Translations under genes and position numbers: made by a program | In this document: piece by piece, positions 34,535 to 44,440 of the stretch | Layout: every line of letters begins with the position of its first letter | How positions within the stretch are numbered: position 1 is the first letter of the stretch | DNA from: a virus | Taxonomy: Duplodnaviria > Caudoviricetes | DNA length: 54,545 nt | Virus record (IMG/VR): IMGVR_UViG_3300019881_000003 | Coordinates: 1 to 54,545 of that record | Direction: 5' to 3' (one strand) | The notes under the pieces: generated by a model | What the model was told of the DNA's origin: nothing | The model's input: only the letters and a program-made list of their open reading frames with translations | Database searches by the model: none

Positions 34535-36625
34535 TCACAGCCCGAGCGTCGCGCGGTCGACGAGCGTGACCGCGGCGCCGGCGAGGTGGCTGGATGGGTA
34601 GCCGTTGACCCCGCGGATGACGGTGAACGTTTGCGGCGAGCTGGCCCCGGAGATGGCGGTGACCGACATGACTTCGCCGTCGACCCGGATGGGGATGGGC
34701 ATCTGCGCGGAGCTGGTGGTCCACGGCCACCGCCCGGACGCGCTTTCGACGGACATGGTGGTCGCGGTTTCGGTGATGCCCGAGGCGAGCTGGGAGTCGA
34801 ACGGCGAGAACTTCTTGACCGGCCCGGAGTCGAGGCGCACCACCTGGTAGGGCCGCCACGGTGTGCAGTTGTAGACCACCCGCCAGGTCTTGGCGTCGAG
34901 GTTTTCGGTGTAGCCCTGCGCCATCAATTCGATGTCGTCGGGGGGTAGCCACGGCGGCGGGTTGAGCAGGGTGATGCGGTGTCCCATGTCGACGGCGCAC
35001 ACCTGGCCGGCGAGGTCGGGGTTGCGGGTGAGGGACACGGTGAGTTGCGGGATGCGGGTTTCGTTCCAGGTGCCGAGGTGGGCTTGCCACCCGGAGATCT
35101 GTTCGGCGTCGAGGTCGGCTTCGGGGTTGACGGTGCCGCCGCCACGTTTGCGCCCGATCGTGTCGACACCCATCGGCCCGTCGTCGATGGTGGTGCGGAA
35201 CGTCGCCCCGCCTTGGCGGGTGACGGTGACGTCGTTGGCGAGCAGCTGGTCGTCGTCGGTGGGTTCGAACGGCAACCCCACCTGGCCTTCGTTCACGTCG
35301 AGTTCGAGGGTGGTGGCGGCGTTGTACAGGTCGGCCAGCCCGCGGTAGCCGAGTCCGGGTGTGGTGCCGGACGGCATTTCGAGGGGTTCGTGGAGGATCC
35401 CGCCGTCGGCTTCGGCGCATTCGGTGAGCAGTTGCAGCAGCGTGTTGCGGCCTTGGGTGCCCATCCGCATGGTGTCGTCGAGGTCGCCGACCCCGGCGAA
35501 CGCAACGCCCTCTTCGAGGCAGAGCCGTTCGATGCGGCGCCCGGCGGTTTCGCCGGCGTGCGCGCGGACCGCTTCGAGCAGGATGTCGTCATCGACGGTG
35601 CCGGTGAACAGGGCGGCGTGCCCGATGGCGGTGTCACCGAGGTTGCCGTTGGACCCGAAGGTGAGCCGGTTGATGCGGTTGTAGGAGCGGCCGGACACGG
35701 TGCCCGAGTCGGTGGAGGCGGCGGTGCGCCCGACGTTCAGCACCCGCAGGGACCAGTCGACGTCGGACCCGTTGGTGGTGAGTTCGAGCAGCAGGATCGC
35801 GCCTTCGGGGGCGAGCGTGAACGGGGTGTCGACGCTGCTGAGGATGGTGCCGCCGGAGGCGTCGGTGACGAGGATGTTGACGGTGCGGTTGATGTTGCCG
35901 CGTACCCGCCAGTAGCGTGCGCTGCCGGTCGTGTTGGCCACCATGATCGGGGTGCCGTTGGCGGCGAGCCCACTGTCGGGGATGTGCACGAGGCACATGG
36001 CGGTCATGGTGGCGTTGGGTGTGTGCGGTGCGATGTCGGCGTAGAACTGCCGGTTGTTGGAGACGGGGATGGGTGCGCTCGCTGCGATGCCGCTGTACCC
36101 GGCGACCTGCACTTGGCTGTCGACGCGGATGGGCGTGTTGCGGGGCACCGCCGAGTAGAGACGCAGGGTCCCGGATTCTTCTTCCATCGGCCAGTAGGCG
36201 ACGGGTGTTTGCAGGCCGCCGGGTTGCATCATGGTGCGGTACAGCACCGAGCGGAGCGGGTCGATGTCGCTGCTGGACAGGCGGCGCAGGACCCCGGCGG
36301 CTTCGATGGGCACGTACCGGTCGGGTTCGGCGCGTTGCGGCCACTCGGAGACTTCGCCGTGAAAACGGCACTCGCCGTCCATGAAGATCTTGATGGGCGT
36401 GTTGCGGCCCAATGTCCCGAACCACGGGCTGGCGGGGTGTCGCGGCGACCAACGGCCGTTCGGGTTCTTCAACGACATGGTGGCGCGGGAGGGCTGGACT
36501 TGGCTGGACCAGTCGGACCGCCCGCGGACGATGGTGAGGCTGTCGCGGGCCAGGACGTCGTTGTCGGTGATGTCGATCCACGCCCCGCCGAGCCACAGTT
36601 GCACGGAGGGCGCGAAGGTCGGCAC
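34535..36625 (-). CDS. Large minor tail / tail-tip protein
   Basis: Follows the tape measure; VAYWPMEE, GETAGRRIERLC, TFTVIRGVNG. Confidence 0.85.
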   Translation of the reverse strand: MPTFAPSVQLWLGGAWIDITDNDVLARDSLTIVRGRSDWSSQVQPSRATMSLKNPNGRWSPRHPASPWFGTLGRNTPIKIFMDGECRFHGEVSEWPQRAEPDRYVPIEAAGVLRRLSSSDIDPLRSVLYRTMMQPGGLQTPVAYWPMEEESGTLRLYSAVPRNTPIRVDSQVQVAGYSGIAASAPIPVSNNRQFYADIAPHTPNATMTAMCLVHIPDSGLAANGTPIMVANTTGSARYWRVRGNINRTVNILVTDASGGTILSSVDTPFTLAPEGAILLLELTTNGSDVDWSLRVLNVGRTAASTDSGTVSGRSYNRINRLTFGSNGNLGDTAIGHAALFTGTVDDDILLEAVRAHAGETAGRRIERLCLEEGVAFAGVGDLDDTMRMGTQGRNTLLQLLTECAEADGGILHEPLEMPSGTTPGLGYRGLADLYNAATTLELDVNEGQVGLPFEPTDDDQLLANDVTVTRQGGATFRTTIDDGPMGVDTIGRKRGGGTVNPEADLDAEQISGWQAHLGTWNETRIPQLTVSLTRNPDLAGQVCAVDMGHRITLLNPPPWLPPDDIELMAQGYTENLDAKTWRVVYNCTPWRPYQVVRLDSGPVKKFSPFDSQLASGITETATTMSVESASGRWPWTTSSAQMPIPIRVDGEVMSVTAISGASSPQTFTVIRGVNGYPSSHLAGAAVTLVDRATLGL

Positions 36626-36627
36626 CG

Positions 36628-39600
36628 CTACCGCCCGGCCTTGACGTGCACCCGCCCGGTGTCCTGCGCTTTGTGGAAAGCATCCACAACGAAGTCGGCG
36701 GCTTTGGTGCCGTCACCACGGACGGTGATGTGCACGTCGACCGCCCGGTTCTGTCCGGCGGCGGTGACTCTCTCGCCGCGGTGCAGCTGGTACATGCCGT
36801 CCATCGGGACCCGGTCGGTGCCGCGCCGGTAGCTGCCGCGCATGAAATCGGCGAGTCCCACCAGCCCCGCGCCGTCGCCGCCCTTGACCAGGCCGCCGAG
36901 TGCGTAGCCGCCGGGCTTGTTCATGGCGTAGGCGAGCGAGCCGTAGCGGTGGATGGCGTAGTTGAGCCCGGCGTAGATGTTGGCGAACGGGTCGGTGATG
37001 CCCCGGCCGGCGAACCGTCCGGCGTAGGCCGCGAACGTGCCGGGGATGGTCTGCATCAGGCCCTGGCTGGGGTACCCGCGTTGGGCGTTGATGTCGGTGA
37101 GGTTGATGGCGTTGGGGTTGCCGCCCGATTCCTGGTTCATGCGGCGGAGCACGAGCGGCAGCAGCGCCGACGACTGGCCGAGCATGGCCAGCGCTTGGAG
37201 GACGAGCGGCGCCCACCGCTGCACGTTGCCGCCGCCACCGCTCATGGCCGGGATGAACTCGGGGATCTTCGTCTTGGAGACGTCGACCTTGAACGGCCAC
37301 ACCATGCCGCCGCGCTGGTAGCCGAGCGCGGGCACGTCGTCCTGGCGTTGCGCCAGCGTCTTGGGGAACCGCTTCGAGTTGACGGCCTCCATGAACCCGA
37401 CGCCGTAGTAGCGGGTCGCGGACGCCGACTGCATGAACTCGTCGCGTGACCCCCACAGGGGGATGCTGTCGGAGGTGGGGGTGCCGGGCCCGCGCAGCAA
37501 ACCACCGGACGCGTAGCCGCCGGAGCGCTGCCGGTTCTTCTCCTTGTTGATGGCCCCCAGGTTGCTGGCCGTGATCGGCAGACCCTTGGCCAGCAGCGTT
37601 TGTTTCGCCGACAGGGACATCATCTTGTTGTTGGCGTCGGTGTACCCCAGCACGGTGATCTGGGTGCGGACGTTCTTCGGGACCCTGCCGTAGGTGTCGA
37701 TCAGGTGCCGGGCGTTGGAGTTCGCGCCGAACGTCTTGTCGGCTTCCCTCTTCAACGCGGCGATCCGGTCGTTGTGCCGTTGCAGCGCCTGGTTCATCGG
37801 CACGCCGCTGTCGATGTCGGCCTGCATCAGGTCGCGCGACTTCGCCGCCACATCCTCGAGAGCATCCCGGTTCTTCCGCCCGGCCTCGGTGTGGATGTCG
37901 AGCGTTCTCTTGTTCTCCTTGACTGACGCGGTCAGGGCGTCCTGCGCCGCCTCGTAGCCCTCGAGGGTGTCCATCTGCGTGATCTGCTGTTTGGTGAGCA
38001 GGTCGATGGCGGTGCGCAGCTTGTCGGCGTCGGTGGCGGCCTTGTCGTACTCCTCGCCGGCACCTTCGATCGCGGACTGCAGGAACCCGGTCGCCGAGAT
38101 GACGCCGGCGTGGGATGTCGTGAGCTGTCCCGCCGCGTCGACCTGGCGCTTGCTTGCCGCGGAGTCGCTGTCCCTGCCGCCGACCAGGGCGTTCAGGTCG
38201 TCCAGCAGTTTCTGTGCGCCGAGGCCCTCGCCCTCGAGCGCGCCGGTCCACCCGACCTGGCCTGTCACCTCGTCGGTGGCGTACACCTTGTGGGCGTCGA
38301 TGACGCCCTGCAACTTGGTGCGCAGTCCGTCGAGCGCGCCGCCCTGCCCGGTGATCGCGTCGGTGACGGTGGGCAGCGCGATCCCCAGATCCTGCGCCGA
38401 CTTCAGCAGGCCCTGGTCTTCGGCGTCTTTGGCTGCGGCGGCGCGAACAGTGTCGTTGACCACGCCGTTCTGTTCACGCAGCACCTCGGCGACGTGCTTG
38501 CCCGCGTCGGCGAGTCCTTGTTGCCGGGCCGACGCCGCCGCCGTCTGGCTTGTCAGGAACGTCAGACCGACGACGGCGCCGGCGAGCGCCAGGCCCCACG
38601 GCCCGCCAAGCACGCCCATCAGCCCGCCGGCCGCGGACTTGAGGCCGGTGACCCCGGCGACGGCGACACCCTTGAGCGTGGAGCCGAACCCGCCAGCCTC
38701 GCCCTTGGCGGTGCGGAACGCGTCGCCCATCTTGCCGAGCGCGGGAACCTTCGTTTCGAGCACGGCCAGACCCGCGCCGAACCGGCCGACCTCTTGCCCA
38801 GCCACAGACGCCAGGCCCTGCTGCAGCTGCATCTCGTCGCGGAAGTTCTTCAACGGCCCCGCGGTGCGGGTGAAGAACCCGGTGACCTTGTCGCCCGCGA
38901 GCGCCCAGCCGGCCAGTGCGATCGCGCCGGCCTGGAGGGGGCCGGGCAGCGACTGCCAGAACCCGACCACACCGGAGCCCGCGGTGACCAGCGCGTGGAA
39001 TGCGGGGGTGACCACGTTGCCGACGGTGTTGGCGACGTCGCCGAGCGCGGGGATGCCGGTGTGTAGCGCCCAGTCGGAGATGGCGTTGACGGCGGGCATG
39101 ACCTTCAAGCCGACGGCCTCGGCGAAATTCTTCCACGACACCTCGGCCTTGCCGACCGAGTCCGCGGTCGCCCCCGCCATCCCGCCGAACTCTGAGGTGA
39201 GTTCGGACAGGATCATCTTCTGCGCGCCCATGATGTCGCCCTGCTCGACGAGCGACTTGATCTGCGCCTTCTGCTGGGCGGTGAACGTGACGCCGACGCG
39301 GGTGAGCGCGGAGATCCCGGCGATCGGATCGTTGAGCGCCTTACCCAGCCGCACGCTGTTGGACTGCAGCCCCTCGGACGCGTCTCCGGATTCGGACAGG
39401 GCGGCCGACATGTCGAGGGCGACGGCGGTGGTCTGGTTGAAAATGTCGTTGCCGCGCCCGGCTTCGTTGCGAATATTCTTGAACGTGAGCAGCACGTTTT
39501 CGCCGTGCGCGACAACCTCGTCGTCGACCGCCGTCTTGGCCGACAGCTTGTCGGCGAGGCCGGACACCTGGTCGGCGGTGACGTGCGCCGCCCCGCCAGT

Positions 39601-39954
39601 CGACTTGATGACGGCCTCGGTTTGGCGGGTGGTGCGTTCCGCCTCGCGGGCCTCGTCGATGACCGACTTGAACATGGACACCGCGCCGAGCCCGACACCG
39701 AGCGCTGCGATGCCCTTCAGTGACGCGCCGACCCCGCCGAGACGGCTGTTGAGCCCGGTGACCGATGTGGTGGCGGTGGTGGCGCCCTTGGCGACCGCGG
39801 TGCCAACACCCTTGCCGGCGGTCCCGGCCCGGGTCATGGCCGCGCCGGACTTGTCGGCGGCGGTGGCGATGCCCTTGAACGAACTCTCCGCCGTCTTGGC
39901 GTTGGCCCGGTCGACCGCGATCTGTAGCCGTACGGAGATGACGCGGTCAGTCAC
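36628..39954 (-). CDS. Tape measure protein with C-terminal lytic transglycosylase (SLT) domain
   Basis: 1108 aa, Ala/Gly-rich; QLGKALNDP-like motif; QESGGNPNAIN..GLMQTI. Confidence 0.95.
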   Translation of the reverse strand: MTDRVISVRLQIAVDRANAKTAESSFKGIATAADKSGAAMTRAGTAGKGVGTAVAKGATTATTSVTGLNSRLGGVGASLKGIAALGVGLGAVSMFKSVIDEAREAERTTRQTEAVIKSTGGAAHVTADQVSGLADKLSAKTAVDDEVVAHGENVLLTFKNIRNEAGRGNDIFNQTTAVALDMSAALSESGDASEGLQSNSVRLGKALNDPIAGISALTRVGVTFTAQQKAQIKSLVEQGDIMGAQKMILSELTSEFGGMAGATADSVGKAEVSWKNFAEAVGLKVMPAVNAISDWALHTGIPALGDVANTVGNVVTPAFHALVTAGSGVVGFWQSLPGPLQAGAIALAGWALAGDKVTGFFTRTAGPLKNFRDEMQLQQGLASVAGQEVGRFGAGLAVLETKVPALGKMGDAFRTAKGEAGGFGSTLKGVAVAGVTGLKSAAGGLMGVLGGPWGLALAGAVVGLTFLTSQTAAASARQQGLADAGKHVAEVLREQNGVVNDTVRAAAAKDAEDQGLLKSAQDLGIALPTVTDAITGQGGALDGLRTKLQGVIDAHKVYATDEVTGQVGWTGALEGEGLGAQKLLDDLNALVGGRDSDSAASKRQVDAAGQLTTSHAGVISATGFLQSAIEGAGEEYDKAATDADKLRTAIDLLTKQQITQMDTLEGYEAAQDALTASVKENKRTLDIHTEAGRKNRDALEDVAAKSRDLMQADIDSGVPMNQALQRHNDRIAALKREADKTFGANSNARHLIDTYGRVPKNVRTQITVLGYTDANNKMMSLSAKQTLLAKGLPITASNLGAINKEKNRQRSGGYASGGLLRGPGTPTSDSIPLWGSRDEFMQSASATRYYGVGFMEAVNSKRFPKTLAQRQDDVPALGYQRGGMVWPFKVDVSKTKIPEFIPAMSGGGGNVQRWAPLVLQALAMLGQSSALLPLVLRRMNQESGGNPNAINLTDINAQRGYPSQGLMQTIPGTFAAYAGRFAGRGITDPFANIYAGLNYAIHRYGSLAYAMNKPGGYALGGLVKGGDGAGLVGLADFMRGSYRRGTDRVPMDGMYQLHRGERVTAAGQNRAVDVHITVRGDGTKAADFVVDAFHKAQDTGRVHVKAGR

Positions 39955-39988
39955 CGACCCACCCCCGGCCTGATGTAGTCGGGTGGGC

Positions 39989-40369
39989 CTAGTCGGGGAT
40001 CCACGGCAGCAGTGCGACGTCGGGCGGCCGGTCGTCGATCACCGACAGTTTCAGCGCGTGGTCGTCGCCTTCGTGGCCCTTCAGTTCGGCGGCCACCGCG
40101 GCGCACCCTGCGCATGTCGACGTCCGCGTCGAGTACCAGCCCTCAGCGTCCGGGTTGTACGCCTCATGTTTGGGCTGGCCACAGTCGGGACACGCCATGT
40201 CGCCGGCCAGCACGTGCGCCGCGGCGAGGATCCGGTCGACGGCCGTCCAGCGTTTGCCGCCCCCGCCACGCAGGATGGTCAGCGGCCGGACGCCCCACGC
40301 CTTCGCGGTGCGCAGCTGCAGGTCTATGTCACGCCACCCCGGCCGGATGAGGAGCCCTGCAACAAAGGG
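39989..40369 (-). CDS. Tail assembly chaperone C-terminal (-1 frameshift) extension
   Basis: Open -1 frame from slippery C CCT TTG at 40363-40369 to stop 39989; CPDCG..CAGC. Confidence 0.7.
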   Translation of the reverse strand, partial: PFVAGLLIRPGWRDIDLQLRTAKAWGVRPLTILRGGGGKRWTAVDRILAAAHVLAGDMACPDCGQPKHEAYNPDAEGWYSTRTSTCAGCAAVAAELKGHEGDDHALKLSVIDDRPPDVALLPWIPD

Positions 40370-40956
40370 ACGGTCACCGTTGGGGCTGCCAGCGTCGCCT
40401 CACGGAACGCGCGCAGTGCGTCGTACAGGCCGCTGTCCCCCAGCCGGTCCTTGATTTCCCGCAGCTTGGCTGGCGGGAACCCGTCGGGGAACTCCTTGAC
40501 GACACCACCCGGGAGTTCGACCTTGACGATCGCGTCGGCGAGCTTGTGCAGCAGGATCGTCGTGTCGTCGTCAGGCGTGTCCGGGTCCAGTTTGTCGCGC
40601 TTCACCAGCCGGTCCTGGATGGCGCGCCGCCGTTCCTCGGTGCGGTCTTGGACGTGCACAACCATCGCCGACTGCACGAGCTGGGTCGCGGCGGTCTCCC
40701 ATTCGGCGTGGATCGTGTCGGGTGTCCGGTCCGCGACGCCGCGCTGCTCGGGCGGGATCCTCTCGGCGTCGCCGTGTTCCTGCTTGAGCCGGTCGACTTC
40801 GGCGAACAGGTCGCCGCGCTGGTAGATGGTGGCGCGGCGGGTGATGCCGCAGGTGCCGCCGATCCACCCGTCCAAATCGAAGCTGTCGGGGCGGCCCGCA
40901 GATGCGGGCAGGGTGGCCGGGTCGGTCACGGCGCGCTCGGTGGCGTCGAGGTCCAT
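40324..40956 (-). CDS. Tail assembly chaperone
   Basis: Lies between major tail and tape measure; slippery site near 3' end. Confidence 0.8.
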   Translation of the reverse strand: MDLDATERAVTDPATLPASAGRPDSFDLDGWIGGTCGITRRATIYQRGDLFAEVDRLKQEHGDAERIPPEQRGVADRTPDTIHAEWETAATQLVQSAMVVHVQDRTEERRRAIQDRLVKRDKLDPDTPDDDTTILLHKLADAIVKVELPGGVVKEFPDGFPPAKLREIKDRLGDSGLYDALRAFREATLAAPTVTVPLLQGSSSGRGGVT

Positions 40957-41207
40957 CACACACGCTCCGGCCAGTGCCAGGTGCCGCCGCTGCGACCGGA
41001 CGGGCCGACCTCGAGCTTGGCTTCGATCTCCTCGTGAGCCACCCGCCAGTTGAAAAACTGGCCCGACGGGTTGAACACCGTCAGCGCGACCTCGTCGCCG
41101 TCGTGGATCTCGGTGATGATCGCCGCCCGACATTCCTTGCTGTACTCGCCGCCCGGTGTGCCGTACGACGTGTAGTGCACGATCCGGCCGATACTCGGCT
41201 CCTGCAT
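40956..41207 (-). CDS. Conserved phage protein (PSIGRIVHY..WHWP)
   Basis: GGAGAG RBS; recognisable terminal motifs. Confidence 0.75.
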   Translation of the reverse strand: MQEPSIGRIVHYTSYGTPGGEYSKECRAAIITEIHDGDEVALTVFNPSGQFFNWRVAHEEIEAKLEVGPSGRSGGTWHWPERV

Positions 41208-41243
41208 GCTTCTCTCCAGGGGTTGGTTTCCAGGGGTCACAGA

Positions 41244-41284
41244 TGTAGACGTGTCTACATCTGGCGTGTAGAGTGGTCTACATG
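41244..41284 (+). promoter_or_regulatory. Double-operator leaderless promoter, copy 2
   Basis: TGTAGACGTGTCTACA-N7-TGTAGAGTGGTCTACATG. Confidence 0.85.
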
Positions 41285-41542
41285 ACGAGGTCGACGATCT
41301 GCGAAGGTGACTGGTGGTACAGCAAGCCGGTTTGGTTCGGCACGTTCACCGTCCGCAACGCCGTCACCGGCGAGTCCTACGACACCGGCGCCTGCGAGCT
41401 GGTCGACGCCCGCAGCTTCGTCGCCGCGCTCGCGCCAGCCGAGCAGGTGTCGGTCGTGGCGGCCACGTACACGATCGCCTCGGGCCCCCAGCGTTCCCGC
41501 GGCGGGCACCAGCGTTTCCCGGGCGCCAACCACTTCGAATGA
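41282..41542 (+). CDS. Antisense accessory gene, hypothetical
   Basis: Leaderless ATG in operator 2. Confidence 0.7.
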   Translation: MTRSTICEGDWWYSKPVWFGTFTVRNAVTGESYDTGACELVDARSFVAALAPAEQVSVVAATYTIASGPQRSRGGHQRFPGANHFE

Positions 41543-41552
41543 GGAGACCGTT

Positions 41553-41798
41553 ATGAGTGAGATCAGCGCAACCTTTGAGGTCAATGCCGGTCACTCGATC
41601 GACGTCACTGCCGACACCAAGGGCCTCACTCTGGACCAGATCGCGGAGATGCTCTACGAGCGCGACCCTGGCATCTCGCTGTGCCACGAGTGCGCCCACG
41701 AGATCAACGAACCCGAATCGGGTGACCTCATCGGCTTCACCGTCGACGGTGTCGCGTACGAGCCGGATGGCGACGGCTGGAAGGTCGCCCCGAACTGA
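41553..41798 (+). CDS. Antisense accessory gene, acidic protein with CHEC
   Basis: GAGGAG RBS. Confidence 0.7.
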   Translation: MSEISATFEVNAGHSIDVTADTKGLTLDQIAEMLYERDPGISLCHECAHEINEPESGDLIGFTVDGVAYEPDGDGWKVAPN

Positions 41799-41853
41799 GG
41801 TGGGAGCCGGGCCGGGCGACCCCTGGCAGAAACACCCGACCCGACGACTGTGA

Positions 41854-42360
41854 TCAGGCCGCGACGATGGCCTTGATGTCGAACGTTCCCTGCTGCAGCA
41901 GCGGCACCGTGGCCTTCAGGTAGCCCTCGCCGGTACCGCCTGTGGGCTGGGGGACGTCGGACATGAACTTGTAGACCTCGACCTGGTCATTCGCCGCCCA
42001 TGCCGTGTCGAACGCGGCGCCGAGCCGGCGCACGAACCAGCCGATCACCCCGAACTCGAACACGTTGAGCGGATCGCTGGTTTCGGGGACGAACGTGGAG
42101 GCGTTGATCTGCCGGAACAGGATCAGGTTGCCCATGTAGTTCTTGATCGTCGGCGCGACGACGTTGGCCTCTTCACACACGGCGCGTTCGTTGGTGGTGT
42201 CGGAGGCGTCGGCGCGGACCTCGTAGGTCGACACCATCACGCAGGTGAGGTCCACTCCAGCGTTGAGCTGAGCGACGGTGGGCGCGGACACGTCGGTGAT
42301 CCCGATGTCACCCTCCACCCAGGACAGCCTGGTGACGGCGTTGTCGACAAACCTGGGCAC
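41854..42360 (-). CDS. Major tail (tube) protein
   Basis: APTVAQLNAGVDLTC, GWFVRRLG..WAANDQVEVY. Confidence 0.88.
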   Translation of the reverse strand: MPRFVDNAVTRLSWVEGDIGITDVSAPTVAQLNAGVDLTCVMVSTYEVRADASDTTNERAVCEEANVVAPTIKNYMGNLILFRQINASTFVPETSDPLNVFEFGVIGWFVRRLGAAFDTAWAANDQVEVYKFMSDVPQPTGGTGEGYLKATVPLLQQGTFDIKAIVAA

Positions 42361-42423
42361 AGCGGCCTCCAAGGGGGCGTAGCCCCTGCCATGGGGCGGT
42401 GAGTGGGACGCCAGGGGTTGAAC

Positions 42424-42816
42424 TCAGGTGCGGGCGGCGAGCAGGTCGTACAGGTCGACCTGGTAGACCACCGGCCGTTCGGCGACAGCCTCGTCGTGCT
42501 GCGGCAGCTGCGCGTAGCTGTGGCAGACCAGCCCACACGCCCAGCCCGCCACGACCGGGCGGACATCGACGGTGGCATCCCGGACCGCGACAGCCAGCCA
42601 CGCCGCCCGCTCCCGGTCGGGCCCCACGGAGGTGACCTGCCAGCGGAACGTCGCGGAGTCGGACTGCCCGCACACGGCGAGCGCTTTGACGGTGCCCGGG
42701 TCGGGGTACACGACGACGTACCGGTCGTCGGGGGTCGGACCGACCCGCCCGTCGAACACCGTCACGCCAGGTACCGCGGCGGCTATCAACGCGAGGATCT
42801 CGTCGGGGACGGTCAC
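42424..42816 (-). CDS. Tail terminator protein
   Basis: VFDGRV..P..RYVVVYP, QVTSVG; position. Confidence 0.8.
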   Translation of the reverse strand: MTVPDEILALIAAAVPGVTVFDGRVGPTPDDRYVVVYPDPGTVKALAVCGQSDSATFRWQVTSVGPDRERAAWLAVAVRDATVDVRPVVAGWACGLVCHSYAQLPQHDEAVAERPVVYQVDLYDLLAART

Positions 42817-43193
42817 CGCAGGCCCCGCGCGAACACCGCGCCGGCCTGCTCGCCGAGCCTAAGTTCTTCGTCGTCGGCGGCGGGCAGCATGTGCGGGATC
42901 GGCCCGGTGTTCGACGATCCGAATTCGATGCCCCGTCCCATGCCGCCCTGCGGTTTGGATGAGTCGGGTCCGATTTCGGCGGCGAGCGGGCCGTGCATGT
43001 CGTAGGTGATGGCTTTGGGGTAGTGCGGCAGGTGGTTGCCGGAGGTGAGTTCGTCGAACCGCTGGCGTGCACCGGTCTGGATGTGGCGGGCACTGAGCTC
43101 GACGACCTTCGTAAACGACGGCGTGGTGCGCTCGATGACGGTCGCGACGTGCCGCCCGTAGGCCAGGAGCTCAGAAAGGTCAGCGGTCGCCAT
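42813..43193 (-). CDS. Neck protein (HK97 gp10-like)
   Basis: HLPHYP.AITYD, AEIGPD, IEFGS..P.PH. Confidence 0.8.
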   Translation of the reverse strand: MATADLSELLAYGRHVATVIERTTPSFTKVVELSARHIQTGARQRFDELTSGNHLPHYPKAITYDMHGPLAAEIGPDSSKPQGGMGRGIEFGSSNTGPIPHMLPAADDEELRLGEQAGAVFARGLR

Positions 43194-43398
43194 ACCTGCG
43201 CTCCCAGTCGTAGACGTGCACACAGTCCATGTCCCACTGGCCGTTTGCGAGCACCGTGTGGAGGTGGCGTCCGCACGCGAGCCACCTGCCGATGGGCTGC
43301 ATGTCGTCGCCCTCGACGTTGCAGATCGACCAGCGTGCGTGCGCGTCGCAGCGGTCACACTTGAGACCGTCGCGCTCCGAGGTGGGGGTGCGCGTCAT
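43180..43398 (-). CDS. Small Zn-binding inserted protein
   Basis: CDRC..ACGRH; overlaps both neighbours. Confidence 0.6.
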   Translation of the reverse strand: MTRTPTSERDGLKCDRCDAHARWSICNVEGDDMQPIGRWLACGRHLHTVLANGQWDMDCVHVYDWERRYGDR

Positions 43399-43793
43399 TC
43401 GGTGACTTCGTCTACGGCGATGCGGTTCGCGGTCGCCATGCTCTTGTGCAGGAACCCGGCGACCCGGTAGCGGCGGCCCACCAGGTGTGCATCCAACGCC
43501 GACTCGGTGATGGTGACCATGCAGTCCACCGACACCTGCACCGTCGCCGGCAGGTGGATCGACTCGCGTTGCACCGTCCATACGTGCTGGCCGCTGGCGG
43601 GGGTTGACGCCTGCGCCTCGTAGGTCTGGACCTTGCATTTGCCGGTGTAGACGACCGCGCCCAACGTCTCCGTCTTGACGCCGGTGTCGGGGTCCATGGC
43701 GCCGTACGTGGAGCGCGCCCGGATGGTGCACCGGTCGACCATCAGCGACTCGGCCCGGCGGCGGCCCCGCAGCGTCAGGGCGAGCACGGCCAT
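43395..43793 (-). CDS. Head-tail joining protein (DUF6093-like)
   Basis: GRRRAESLM.DRCTI..VYTGKCKVQ..ATANR. Confidence 0.85.
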   Translation of the reverse strand: MAVLALTLRGRRRAESLMVDRCTIRARSTYGAMDPDTGVKTETLGAVVYTGKCKVQTYEAQASTPASGQHVWTVQRESIHLPATVQVSVDCMVTITESALDAHLVGRRYRVAGFLHKSMATANRIAVDEVTE

Positions 43794-44123
43794 CTAGAGG
43801 CTCATGACGTAGCGGGTCACGTTCGTCGTCGCCGAGTAGGTGATCACCACCTGTCCGGACGTGGCCGGGTCGGCGTACTCGGGGAGCAGCGGGATCGTCA
43901 ACTCCCCGGTCAGCGCGGCGATCGTGTACACCTTGTCGGGGATCGCATCCCCAGACGGCAGCGTCCCGGGGTACTTGATGGTGATGTCGCGGGTCGCCGC
44001 GTTGGTGTTCTTCACCATCATCACCGCGTGCTTGCCGGGCCGGGCCGTGTCCCCGGCCGCGGCGGCGGAGTAGGTCGGCGCGGTGCCGACCACCGTTGGG
44101 GTGAACGTTGCGATGAGCGCCAT
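43794..44123 (-). CDS. Virion structural protein
   Basis: AAAAGDT, VKN, V.ITYSATT.VT; position. Confidence 0.7.
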   Translation of the reverse strand: MALIATFTPTVVGTAPTYSAAAAGDTARPGKHAVMMVKNTNAATRDITIKYPGTLPSGDAIPDKVYTIAALTGELTIPLLPEYADPATSGQVVITYSATTNVTRYVMSL

Positions 44124-44428
44124 CAGTTGCTCCTAGGTGCGCGCGGCTCTGGGGCGGGCCGCTCGACGGCGCCCGTGTTTTCGCTGGTCACGTCGGGTGA
44201 TGCTTGCTCGCGTCGCTGCGCCTTCCGCCAGTCCTTGGCGGGCTGCTCGCCGACGATGCGGTTCTCGTCGTCGAACTCGCCGATCAAGATCCCGTCCACG
44301 AACGGGCGGTCGGCGAGCTTGTGGGCTTGTTCGACGGTGACGCGGGCGCGGCCCTGCCGGAACCGGACCCCGGCCTCGATGTCGTAGATGGCGGGGTATC
44401 TGGGGCTACGCGCAGAAAGCACACCCAC
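44123..44428 (-). CDS. Hypothetical protein
   Basis: GAGGAG RBS; VRF..G.A.V. Confidence 0.65.
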   Translation of the reverse strand: MGVLSARSPRYPAIYDIEAGVRFRQGRARVTVEQAHKLADRPFVDGILIGEFDDENRIVGEQPAKDWRKAQRREQASPDVTSENTGAVERPAPEPRAPRSN

Positions 44429-44440
44429 TCCTCACGATGG

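Noticed and set aside
27130-39973. Long alternative-frame or antisense ORFs (27130-29808, 27520-28731, 34979-36832, 37967-39973 and similar)
   Set aside because: Shadow ORFs typical of high-GC DNA; they are Arg/Pro- or Ala/Ser-rich and overlap well-supported genes
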